DNA from: Bacteroidota bacterium
Lineage (GTDB): Bacteria; Bacteroidota; Ignavibacteria; UBA10030; UBA6906
Direction: 5' to 3'
Assembly: GCA_035506295.1 (NCBI GenBank)
Contig: DATJPR010000205.1
Location: forward strand, 5,053-69,052
DNA length: 64,000 bases
Positions 50,724-59,447 of this stretch are shown piece after piece. Each line of letters begins with the position of its first letter. Position 1 is the stretch's first letter. The position numbers and the translations under genes were made by a program. A model generated the notes under the pieces. That model was not told the DNA's origin and searched no databases. It worked only from the letters and a program-made list of their open reading frames with translations.

Positions 50724-51143
50724 TTAGTGGACGACCACAAGGCTGTCCGGCCGACCCGCGTCGCGGCAGAAGATCTGCTGCGTCACTTTGTTGCCGTCAG
50801 GGGCGGTTTCCGTCCCGATACCCTGGATCGTTACCTGGTTCGCCGTACCGGCCGTGGTAATCGTGTACGTGCCGTTCGCATTTGCACCGCCCGGCATGTT
50901 CGTCAGCTTGGAAAGACCAGCCGCATCAGCAGTCAGTCCGACGAAGCTGTTGCCGCCACCGCCCAAAGCCGTCGGGCGACGATAGAACTGCTGCGCACGC
51001 GCAGCGAGGTTGACCAGGTCGTTCGACACCGCGTCGCGGTTCGCATTGACGGCGTTGTCCGAAAACATGGTGATACCAACGGCGACCGCAATACCGACCA
51101 CGATCACGCCGAGGATGATGAGCAGAAGTTGTTGCTGTCCCAT
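50724..51143 (-). CDS. Major-pilin-like protein (139 aa), paralog with an 'MG-QQQLL' N-terminus
   Basis: ATG verified; AGGAG SD 7 nt upstream; in-frame TAG 4 codons upstream. N-terminus MGQQQLLLIILGVIVVGIAVAVGITMF. Shares 'NRDxxxxDLxxLAxRAQxYxRRPTxLGGGG' with its paralog. Confidence 0.55.
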   Translation of the reverse strand: MGQQQLLLIILGVIVVGIAVAVGITMFSDNAVNANRDAVSNDLVNLAARAQQFYRRPTALGGGGNSFVGLTADAAGLSKLTNMPGGANANGTYTITTAGTANQVTIQGIGTETAPDGNKVTQQIFCRDAGRPDSLVVVH

Positions 51144-51418
51144 AACGCACTCCTATGAATTGATGATTGATGATGTTGCTGGATGTAGAGGAATATTGTT
51201 GTATTGTCGCGCTTCGCTCATGAACTCTGAAATCCATATTTCAAGACCTGTGCCACGGCCCTCGAGAATGCTGCAGGTCACACTGACCTTGAAATTTCTG
51301 CGATTCGCGTCAATACTCGCAGAATATGTCCTCGTTGGGGGTAAATTTTTCCGATGAAGTTTTTTCTTCTCGGCGCATCCCGCCCATGCTGACATGGGAA
51401 AAGGGCTCAAGAAAAAGG

Positions 51419-53233
51419 CTAGGTCAACACCGACCAGACTTCTTCCAGCGTTGTCAAGCCTGCTTTCACTATATCTGCGGCCGCCTCGACGAGAGTGCTT
51501 CCTCCATTTGCGCGCACGGCCGCCCGGAGTTCATCCTCCTCTGACGATCCTCCCTTGAGAATAAGCTCCTGCACCTGCGAGATCACCGGGAGGGTCTCGT
51601 GCAGCGGGACCCGGCCGTCGAACCCTTGCCGGCACTCGGAACAACCGACATTCTTGTAGAGGGGCACGCCCGGCATTTGCATTCCCAGTCGTGCAAGCCG
51701 GTCTGTTTCCGCAGTGGAGACGGTCTTGCATTTCGGACAGAGCCGGCGAACCAGGCGTTGTGCGTGGATCACCGAGAGCCCGCGAGACATCAGATACGGG
51801 TCAACGCCCATCGTCTGCAGCCAGACGACCGCGCCAGCGGTATCGCGCGCGGACATCGTGGCAAAGATCTGGCGCCCTTCAAGCGACAGGCGGAGCGCGC
51901 GGGTCGCCACGTCTCGATCCGTGAGTTCTCCAATTAACATGATGTCCGCGTCGGTCCGATCGAGCATGTCGAGCGAACCGGACTTGCTGAATTTCTGCGT
52001 CCGCCGGACGTGCGAGACGCCCTCGATCATCCACGAAGAAGCGCCCTCGAGAGCGATCGCGCGGACGTTAGCCGCCATCGCGAGACGCACGAGCATCGCG
52101 ATCGTGGTCGATCTTCCCGAACCGGAAGGGCCCGTGATCAGGAACAACCCTGTGTGGCGGAAGAGATATTCACGGAAGGCGGCGGCGGAAGGTTCGGGCA
52201 TGCCCAAACCCTCGAGCGAATAGAGAGCTTCGGGTTCCTGGTTCACCTCCACGACAACCGCCTCGAACTTCCCCGGATGGTCACGCAACGCCACCGGCAC
52301 GGAGGTGACGCGAAGGTGCACGGACCGGCCGTCGATATTCTTGCCGATGTGACCTTCCTGTGCGGCGAGGCGTTCATACCGGTCCATCCCCGGCGTACGC
52401 GCCTTCACTGCGGCGGCAACGGCCTCCGCACGAACCTCATCGATGGACATCCAGTGCGACAACGCGCCGTTGACGCGGAATTCCACGTCGGTCCTGCGCA
52501 CCGTCCTCGGGATCAAATGCACCGCTGTCGCGCCGGCCTTGATCGCTTCGTTCAGGATCTTCTCGAACAGCGGGGCGAGTTGTGCGCGCGCGATCTCGCG
52601 ATCCAGGATGGCATCGAGGTCAGGCTCGATGATCTCCGGCGGGACATCGGTGATGACCTGCGCCTGCTTCTGCGGAACTTTGTCCGTGGACATCGACTTG
52701 TACAGCTCATCCCATTCCCGTTCCTTCATGTAACAGATTTCGAATTTCTTGAAGGGGAACGTCCGGGCGACTTCCGTCACTTCCCGATCTGAAGGATTCG
52801 GCGTCACAATGACGAGCTTGTCGGCCTGGCTGTCGACGATGTCATACGGAAGGATCTTATGGCGCAACGCGATCGTCCGGACCGATTCCGGCAGCCCTCG
52901 AAGAAGCTTCATCACATCGGCGATGGTGAGCTTTCGGGGCGACCGGTCGTTGAGGTCGATGGTGCGGAACGCGTAGAACTGGGCGATTTGATATTGCAGC
53001 ACGTCGCGGGGAACTTTGAATTCTTCCTGGAGGATCTCAGTGACGCTTCGACGGTCGGCCGGGTTCTGCTGCTTCAGAGCGATCGCTTTTTGTGCCACGT
53101 CCGCGTGAACGATGGCGTTGCGGACGAGATGGTCGAGAAACGAGGCCATGAACGGCCTGGCACCGTTTCCGCCTGTCTTCGCGCTCCGTTCGTCCACTCC
53201 CTTCCCGACTACCGAGTTATCCATATTCGGCAT
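51419..53233 (-). CDS. Second GspE/PilB-family secretion ATPase (paralog of pilB)
   Basis: T2SSE_N repeats, Walker A 'GPSGSGRSTT', and a C-terminal tetracysteine (CPKC...CSEC). Confidence 0.85.
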   Translation of the reverse strand: MPNMDNSVVGKGVDERSAKTGGNGARPFMASFLDHLVRNAIVHADVAQKAIALKQQNPADRRSVTEILQEEFKVPRDVLQYQIAQFYAFRTIDLNDRSPRKLTIADVMKLLRGLPESVRTIALRHKILPYDIVDSQADKLVIVTPNPSDREVTEVARTFPFKKFEICYMKEREWDELYKSMSTDKVPQKQAQVITDVPPEIIEPDLDAILDREIARAQLAPLFEKILNEAIKAGATAVHLIPRTVRRTDVEFRVNGALSHWMSIDEVRAEAVAAAVKARTPGMDRYERLAAQEGHIGKNIDGRSVHLRVTSVPVALRDHPGKFEAVVVEVNQEPEALYSLEGLGMPEPSAAAFREYLFRHTGLFLITGPSGSGRSTTIAMLVRLAMAANVRAIALEGASSWMIEGVSHVRRTQKFSKSGSLDMLDRTDADIMLIGELTDRDVATRALRLSLEGRQIFATMSARDTAGAVVWLQTMGVDPYLMSRGLSVIHAQRLVRRLCPKCKTVSTAETDRLARLGMQMPGVPLYKNVGCSECRQGFDGRVPLHETLPVISQVQELILKGGSSEEDELRAAVRANGGSTLVEAAADIVKAGLTTLEEVWSVLT

Positions 53234-53280
53234 TCAAGTCTCCTCAAACCGCGAGGTGGTTCCAACAACGCTTGTGACTC

Positions 53281-53661
53281 TCATGTTGACTGCATCCGCG
53301 CCGTACGTTCAAGGGAGTCGAGAAGTCTGAGGATCGTGTCCACAGGCGTTGTCTTCGAGAAAAAGAAATCCTTGTCGGGTTCGACGATGAGCGAACGCGT
53401 TCGTTCGTCATCGTACCCCGAGATAAAGATGAACGGAATGTCGGTCTTCTGACTGAATTCCCGGACGTAGCTGTGGAACCGCGCGCCATCGAGCGTGGGC
53501 ATGAAGACGTCCGACATAATGACATCGATCTTCTCCTCCTCAAGCAGCTCGCGAGCGACTTTGCCGTCCGTCGCGACTACTACGGCATGACCGGCATCCC
53601 GCAGGACATCTCCCATGACGTTCAGAAAGCCGCTTTCGTCATCCACCAGCAGTATTCGCAT
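53281..53661 (-). CDS. Single-domain response regulator (CheY-like receiver)
   Basis: 'RILLVDDE', 'IDVIMSDVFMP' (phospho-Asp), conserved T/S and K positions. 48 nt upstream of the second PilB-like ATPase. Confidence 0.8.
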   Translation of the reverse strand: MRILLVDDESGFLNVMGDVLRDAGHAVVVATDGKVARELLEEEKIDVIMSDVFMPTLDGARFHSYVREFSQKTDIPFIFISGYDDERTRSLIVEPDKDFFFSKTTPVDTILRLLDSLERTARMQST

Positions 53662-54070
53662 ATGGCTCCCACCAGAGAAATGGCATATTTATGCAAAGAG
53701 AAGATGTACAAAGAGTACGCCAGCAGCGGTAAGTGGTTGAATCACAATGGGAGAAGGTGAAATCGGCGAAAAGTGGGGAAAACTGGAGGGAGACAATGTG
53801 AAACGGCCGGCCTTTTCCGCACGTGTACAAAAGTGGCCACCCGCACCGCAGGAAGCAGCGGGGTCCGGTCAGTCATTTGAAGACTCCTCTCTTTGCGAAG
53901 ACACAGAGAGGGCGGACGGAGGTGACCTTCCAACCGGTCGCCCCTTATCGAGCGGCCGGGATGGCGGTGCGGATTGATGCGACTGGAAAGAGGAACAATG
54001 AACTTTCCGCAGGCACAGGAGGTTCTTCTGACACAAGGGTGATTGCTGAAGCGGGGAAAGAGACGATTGG

Positions 54071-54146
<76 letters not shown>

Positions 54147-54323
54147 CTGAAAAACGGTCACAAGGGATCAAAGATACTCACCCGTCAATTCAATCGCAAG
54201 TCCCCATCTTGACTCTCTAGGCGGCTCTTCGTATCTTAACATTCAGAAGTGCCGCTAGGCTCCCCGTTCATCCCCGGACCGGACACACCAAGGGCAGGTT
54301 TCTTCATTTTCATGGAGGTAAGG

Positions 54324-54710
54324 ATGGCAAAGGGAAAGAGTATTCTCCATCATTGTACCCATTGTGACCGAACCACAAAGATGGAGAGTGTCGGCACGGT
54401 CGAGAATCAACCATCAAAAACCTGGTATCGCTGCACGCGGTGCCGGCATGCCATGCTGATCGATCAGGAATCGCTCCAGCATGAAATCGAGGAGTCCCGC
54501 AAGAAGCTGGACCGTGCGACATGTTCGGAATACCGTCCGGACAAAACCTACAGTGTGGGAGACGCCATCTTTCACTCCGAGCTTGACGATATCGGCAAGA
54601 TCGTCTCGAAGGAGCGGACGTCGGGAGGAGGCAGGGCGATTGTCGTGAAGTTTGAACGCGAAGGTGAACGGCGGCTGCTCGAAAGCGTCGCGCCGGAAAG
54701 CCTGGAATAA
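54324..54710 (+). CDS. Zinc-ribbon hypothetical protein
   Basis: GGAGGTAAGG SD before the ATG at 54324. CxxC...CxxC ('HCTHCDRT...YRCTRCRH'). Confidence 0.5.
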   Translation: MAKGKSILHHCTHCDRTTKMESVGTVENQPSKTWYRCTRCRHAMLIDQESLQHEIEESRKKLDRATCSEYRPDKTYSVGDAIFHSELDDIGKIVSKERTSGGGRAIVVKFEREGERRLLESVAPESLE

Positions 54711-54770
54711 GCGCGGAGCCAGACGCTGAACGAATTGCTACAATGGATTGACCGGAAGGAGGTGGATTGA

Positions 54771-54965
54771 ATGGTCGGCATCGTGGTCGCCGAGGGCGAA
54801 CCCATCGATCGCGCGATAAAGCGTTTCAAGAAAAAGTATGAGCGCTCAGGAGTCTTGAAGGAGTTCAAGAAGCGCGCCTACTTCACAAAACCTTCCGTGA
54901 AGAAGCGCATGAAGAAACTCAAAGCTATCCGTCGCGCCCAACGAACCATCGCGGAACAGATGTAA
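54771..54965 (+). CDS. rpsU: 30S ribosomal protein S21
   Basis: 64 aa. 'AIKRFKKKYERSGVLKEFKKRAYFTKPSVKKRMKK' matches the bS21 family. Confidence 0.9.
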   Translation: MVGIVVAEGEPIDRAIKRFKKKYERSGVLKEFKKRAYFTKPSVKKRMKKLKAIRRAQRTIAEQM

Positions 54966-54974
54966 CAGCGAACG

Positions 54975-55001
54975 AAAAAACCCACCATCGGTGGGTTTTT
55001 T
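54975..55001. terminator. Bidirectional Rho-independent terminator
   Basis: AAAAAA-CCCACC-ATC-GGTGGG-TTTTTT between convergent rpsU (+) and the HC1-like gene (-). Confidence 0.8.
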
Positions 55002-55015
55002 CGTTCTTCAGGAGC

Positions 55016-55234
55016 TTATTCCTTCGGCGCCGACTCTCCCGAACCCTCGGGCGTCCCTTCCATCTTCGCCTTGATTTCCTGAACTTCTTTGCGGATTTCC
55101 TGCGCCTTCCGCTTGAGCTCGTTCATGTGCTTGCGGACGCGGGTGCCCGCGGATTTGTTCCCTTTCTCATAGAACTTCGAGAAGTCCTTCTCGAACGTCA
55201 CGAGAAGATCCCTCAATTCCTGTAAGCGGTTCAT
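55016..55234 (-). CDS. Histone H1-like nucleoid protein (HC1/Hc1 family)
   Basis: 72 aa, Lys/Glu-rich. 'FEKDFSKFYEKGNKSAGTRVRKHMNELKRKAQEIRKE' matches the bacterial histone-H1-like N-terminal domain. Confidence 0.65.
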   Translation of the reverse strand: MNRLQELRDLLVTFEKDFSKFYEKGNKSAGTRVRKHMNELKRKAQEIRKEVQEIKAKMEGTPEGSGESAPKE

Positions 55235-55293
55235 TGCAACCTCCTTTGGTTGATGGGGTGGCGATTCTGTCCCTGAAATCCAGAAGGACGTCC

Positions 55294-56397
55294 CTAGTGC
55301 TTCTTTTTCTGCGCTCGAAGATACTCCAATCGCAACTTCTGTGTCAGCTCTTCCCTGCGGTCATACAAACGCCGGAGCTTCCTCGGCCTTCGTCGCCCAA
55401 GCGCATACGAGGTGAGAATCGGCATCGCGACCGTCGAGTCGAGGTAGACGACCACCGTATCGGGAAGCTGATCGGGATCGATCTTTCCCCAACTCACCGC
55501 TTCCGAGGGTGTCGCCCCCGAGAGACCACCGGTGTCAGGCCTTGCATCGGTAATTTGCAGGAAAAAGTCGTGCCCCTTTTCATCGATATTCAGCACTTCC
55601 TGAATCTGGGGTTCTGTCTGGAGCATGAAATTCTTTGGCGACCCGCCACCAAAAATGAGAACTCCGCTCTTCCCTCCGGATCTTTTCGCTTCCAGCACGA
55701 TCGCAGCCGTTTCATTCACGTCGAGCAGGACGTCAATCCTGTTTCTGAATCCGGCCAGCGCCGTTTCTGCGATGTTCATCCCGATCGAGCTATCGCCCGG
55801 GGATGACGTGTAGACAGGCACGCCGCACCGGTACGCGGTGGCCAGAACCGAGCTGTGTCTGATGCGAAGGACCCGTTCACGTTCCGCGACGTACCGTCCA
55901 AGCCGGAAATGAAGCTCCGCGGTTCCCATCTCTCTTTGGAATTCTTCCTTCCTGAGCAAAGATCGAAAAAACTCATCCGTATCCAGGAGGACCGAATAAT
56001 CGAAGAGAATGTCGTAAATTCTGATGACGCCCTGCTTCCGGAGGACCCTGTCGTCCATGAAGGGGCTTCCACGATGGAGCGAATGTCCGATGGCAAAATG
56101 CGTGTCGTGGTAGAGGTTTGCCCCCGTGCTGACGATCCAATCCACAAATCCGCTCTTCATCAGAGGAACGATGCACGAGCCGAGTCCGGCAGGAGTCAAG
56201 GCCCCGGTCAGGCTCATGCCGATGAACACATCCCTCTCCAACATCTTCCCGGCGTAAAGCTGGCACCCTTCGCGGAGTCGCGCCGCGTTGTACGCCTGAA
56301 AATACGAATCGACAAGTGCATCAACCCGAATATTCTTCGCCATCGGCGAATGGCTGATTTCCTTGCCTCTGATGTGCGGATTCCTTGTCGATTTCAT
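55294..56397 (-). CDS. Deoxyhypusine synthase family protein (DHS-like NAD-dependent aminobutyl transferase homolog)
   Basis: '[39 protein letters not shown]' and the C-terminal 'GGGSPKNF' region match the DHS fold. Confidence 0.75.
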   Translation of the reverse strand: MKSTRNPHIRGKEISHSPMAKNIRVDALVDSYFQAYNAARLREGCQLYAGKMLERDVFIGMSLTGALTPAGLGSCIVPLMKSGFVDWIVSTGANLYHDTHFAIGHSLHRGSPFMDDRVLRKQGVIRIYDILFDYSVLLDTDEFFRSLLRKEEFQREMGTAELHFRLGRYVAERERVLRIRHSSVLATAYRCGVPVYTSSPGDSSIGMNIAETALAGFRNRIDVLLDVNETAAIVLEAKRSGGKSGVLIFGGGSPKNFMLQTEPQIQEVLNIDEKGHDFFLQITDARPDTGGLSGATPSEAVSWGKIDPDQLPDTVVVYLDSTVAMPILTSYALGRRRPRKLRRLYDRREELTQKLRLEYLRAQKKKH

Positions 56398-56573
56398 CTA
56401 CTTTCGAACTCGATTCTTGCGCTCAATCGTACACACAAAAGAACGCGAAATCTCTCCAAAAAATCAAGGTAATTCGCTCGATTCTCGCGCATCATGATAC
56501 CTGCATGGCGGGTATTGACATGATCGGAGGGATACCTTATATTGATTTGGACTAAATCTAAATAAGGAAAACG

Positions 56574-57017
56574 ATGGACGGAGAAGCTGCGCGCGATATT
56601 CTCGCGAAGTATCTCAAAAGCACTGGGAACAAGCGTGCCACTCAGGAGCGCAATGCCATCCTTGATGCGGTCATGGCAACGCAGGGACATTTCGATGCGG
56701 AAGGTCTTTTCTATCGTCTCGTCTCCAACGGGGTCAAGGTGAGTCGCGCCACCGTCTATAACACCCTGGATCTTCTTCAGGATTGCGGTCTCGTCTCAAA
56801 ATACCGTTTTACCGAAAACAGTTCCCGCTACGAGCGATCGTTCGGCCGACCGCATCACCATCATATGATTTGCCTGGAATGCGGCGACATCATCGAATTT
56901 GTGAATGAGCGGCTGGAGCGGATTCAAAACGAGGTTTGCACGGAGAAGAATTTCGCCGCGCAGAGTTCCACGGTCCAGATCTTCGGCCTCTGTGCGCGGT
57001 GCAAGAAAAAGGAATAG
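56574..57017 (+). CDS. fur: Fur-family transcriptional regulator (ferric uptake regulator)
   Basis: Winged-HTH N-terminus, 'HHHHMICLECG' and a C-terminal 'CARC' metal site. Confidence 0.85.
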   Translation: MDGEAARDILAKYLKSTGNKRATQERNAILDAVMATQGHFDAEGLFYRLVSNGVKVSRATVYNTLDLLQDCGLVSKYRFTENSSRYERSFGRPHHHHMICLECGDIIEFVNERLERIQNEVCTEKNFAAQSSTVQIFGLCARCKKKE

Positions 57018-57022
57018 TCTTC

Positions 57023-57283
57023 ATGGAGTTCAGCGATCAATGTTCAACGCTCGGTGAGGTCCCGATCGGCTGTGATGTTATCGTCAAAAGGCTTCGGCAT
57101 AGCGTGCCGGGGGTCTCGACGCGATTGAGGGAACTCGGCATTTGCGAGAATGCAACCATTCTCCCGTTGCTCCGCGCAAACGGGAACATGATTTGCGTGG
57201 TCAATAATATGCGGATCGGGATCGACGAATCGCTGGCACGCGCGATTCTTGTCACCCCGCGTCTTCACCACGTGTCTGCATGA
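57023..57283 (+). CDS. feoA: FeoA (ferrous iron transport protein A, SH3-like)
   Basis: 86 aa. 'LGEVPIGCDVIVKRL...LRELGICENATI' is the FeoA pattern. ATG at 57023 verified. Confidence 0.8.
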   Translation: MEFSDQCSTLGEVPIGCDVIVKRLRHSVPGVSTRLRELGICENATILPLLRANGNMICVVNNMRIGIDESLARAILVTPRLHHVSA

Positions 57284-59445
57284 GATCATCGACTTCGGAA
57301 ATCAGAGGATCCATGCGACGCTGGAGGATGAGGAGACGGGGAGAGGCAGTACCTTCGAGGGTTGTCGCATTCATCGGCAACCCGAACTCAGGAAAGACCA
57401 CGCTGTTCAACGCCCTCACCGGGCTCCGTCAAAAAGTTGCCAACTATCCCGGCGTGACCGTCGAGAAAAAAGAAGGGCGCCTGTTGCTGCCCGACGGCCC
57501 CCCGGTCCTCCTCATCGATCTCCCGGGAACCTACAGCCTCACCGCCAACTCGCCCGACGAGCAAATCGCGGTCGACGTGCTTCTCGGTAGGACGGACCAC
57601 ACTCCGCCGCCCCAACTCGTCGTTTGCGTCGTCGATGCATGCAACCTCGAGCGCAGCCTCTATCTCGTGAGTCAGCTTCTCGACCGGGGGATTCCTCTCG
57701 TGGTGGCGCTGAATATGGTCGACGCCGCCCAACACGCAGGCATCACGGTCAACTCACGGATCCTTGCCAGAGAGCTGGGCGTGCCGGTCGTGCCGACTGT
57801 CGCCACGAAACGCGGCGGAATCCAGGAACTGAAGTCGGCCATCGCACAAACACAGACAGCGAGCGGTCGCGGCAATCAATGGCGGCTGCCGGAGCCGGTG
57901 GAACGGGAAACCGACGAGCTGATGGCCCTGTTGCATCAGCATCACGGCATCGACGGCGCCGACGCCTACGAGGCCGCGGTCGGCCTGCTGTCAGGAGAAA
58001 GCGTTCGCATCGATGAAGAGCATCGCTACGTCGACGAGATCCGCAGGCATGTGCATCGCGATCATCAGAAGCTGGATTTCCTCGGCTTCGACAGGCGATC
58101 GGTCTTCGTGGAATCCCGCTACCAGTGGATCCGGCGCATCTGCAGGGAAGCGGTCCAGCAGCGCGGATCCCACGAACGAAACCTCAGTGACAGGATCGAC
58201 GCATTCGTCACACATCCGTTCTGGGGAATGGTCGTCTTCATGGGCGTCATGGCGCTGTTGTTCCAGTCTATTTTTACCTGGGCCCAGGCGCCGATGACCT
58301 GGATTCACGACGGCTTCGACGCTCTCGGGCTGGGGGTCGCCGGCCTGATCCCCCCCGGGGATTTGCAGGATCTCATCGTGAAGGGCGCCATCGGGGGCGT
58401 CTCCGCCGTTGTCTCCTTCCTCCCCCAGATCCTTCTGCTCTTCTTCTTTATCGGGATCCTCGAGGACAGCGGCTACATGGCCCGTGCGGCATTCATCATG
58501 GATCGCGTCATGGGCAAGGTCGGTCTCCACGGGAAATCGTTCATTCCGCTCCTGAGTTCGTTCGCATGCGCGATCCCCGGGATCATGGCCACGCGCACGA
58601 TCGAGAGTCCAAAGGACCGGCTTGCGACGATGCTGGTCGCCCCGCTCATGAGCTGCAGCGCCAGGTTGCCGGTGTACACGTTGTTGATCGCTGCATTCAT
58701 CCCGCCCGTGACCGTCCTGGGCCTGTTCTCGCTTGCCGGCATCACGCTCCTCTCCATGTATCTCCTGGGACTGGTCGCGGCTCTCGCGAGCGCGTGGTTG
58801 TTCAAGAAGACATTTCTGAAGAGCCCCCCACCCGTCTTCCTCATGGAGCTGCCACAGTACAAGATCCCCTCGCTGAAATCGGTGGTCCTTCACATGATTG
58901 AACGCGCGATGGCCTTTCTCCAGCGGGCAGGAACAATCATCCTCGGTGCTTCCATCATCCTCTGGTTCCTTGCCACGTATCCCAAGACGCCGGGCACAGC
59001 TCCGTCCGAAAATCTTCAGCACAGCTTTGCCGGGATGGCCGGACGCGTCATTGCCCCGGTCATCAAGCCTCTCGGGTTCGATTGGAAGATCGGGATTGGC
59101 CTTGTCAGTTCGCTCCTGCAACGCGAAGTGTTCGTGAGTACCATGGGCACAATCTATGGCATCAACACAGCCCAGGGAGAACAGGAGAGGACTTACCTGG
59201 GCGACCGGATGCGGGCAGACAAGGATCCGGCCACGGGGAAGCCCGTGTTCAGCGTCTTGACTGCGATCTGTATCATGGTATATTACGTCCTGGCAATGCA
59301 GTGTCTCTCGACCGTTGCCGTCATGCGCCGGGAAACGAATAGTTGGCGCTGGCCTCTTTTCCAGATCGGCTACATGACAGCCCTGGCGTACCTCGTTACG
59401 TATGCCGTGTACCGCGGGGGGTTGATCCTGGGACTGGGGGGATAG
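57280..59445 (+). CDS. feoB: Ferrous iron transporter FeoB (N-terminal G-protein plus membrane permease)
   Basis: G1 'GNPNSGKTT', G2 through G4 motifs, and two gate-like membrane domains. ATGA overlap with feoA. Confidence 0.9.
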   Translation: MRSSTSEIRGSMRRWRMRRRGEAVPSRVVAFIGNPNSGKTTLFNALTGLRQKVANYPGVTVEKKEGRLLLPDGPPVLLIDLPGTYSLTANSPDEQIAVDVLLGRTDHTPPPQLVVCVVDACNLERSLYLVSQLLDRGIPLVVALNMVDAAQHAGITVNSRILARELGVPVVPTVATKRGGIQELKSAIAQTQTASGRGNQWRLPEPVERETDELMALLHQHHGIDGADAYEAAVGLLSGESVRIDEEHRYVDEIRRHVHRDHQKLDFLGFDRRSVFVESRYQWIRRICREAVQQRGSHERNLSDRIDAFVTHPFWGMVVFMGVMALLFQSIFTWAQAPMTWIHDGFDALGLGVAGLIPPGDLQDLIVKGAIGGVSAVVSFLPQILLLFFFIGILEDSGYMARAAFIMDRVMGKVGLHGKSFIPLLSSFACAIPGIMATRTIESPKDRLATMLVAPLMSCSARLPVYTLLIAAFIPPVTVLGLFSLAGITLLSMYLLGLVAALASAWLFKKTFLKSPPPVFLMELPQYKIPSLKSVVLHMIERAMAFLQRAGTIILGASIILWFLATYPKTPGTAPSENLQHSFAGMAGRVIAPVIKPLGFDWKIGIGLVSSLLQREVFVSTMGTIYGINTAQGEQERTYLGDRMRADKDPATGKPVFSVLTAICIMVYYVLAMQCLSTVAVMRRETNSWRWPLFQIGYMTALAYLVTYAVYRGGLILGLGG

Positions 59446-59447
59446 GG

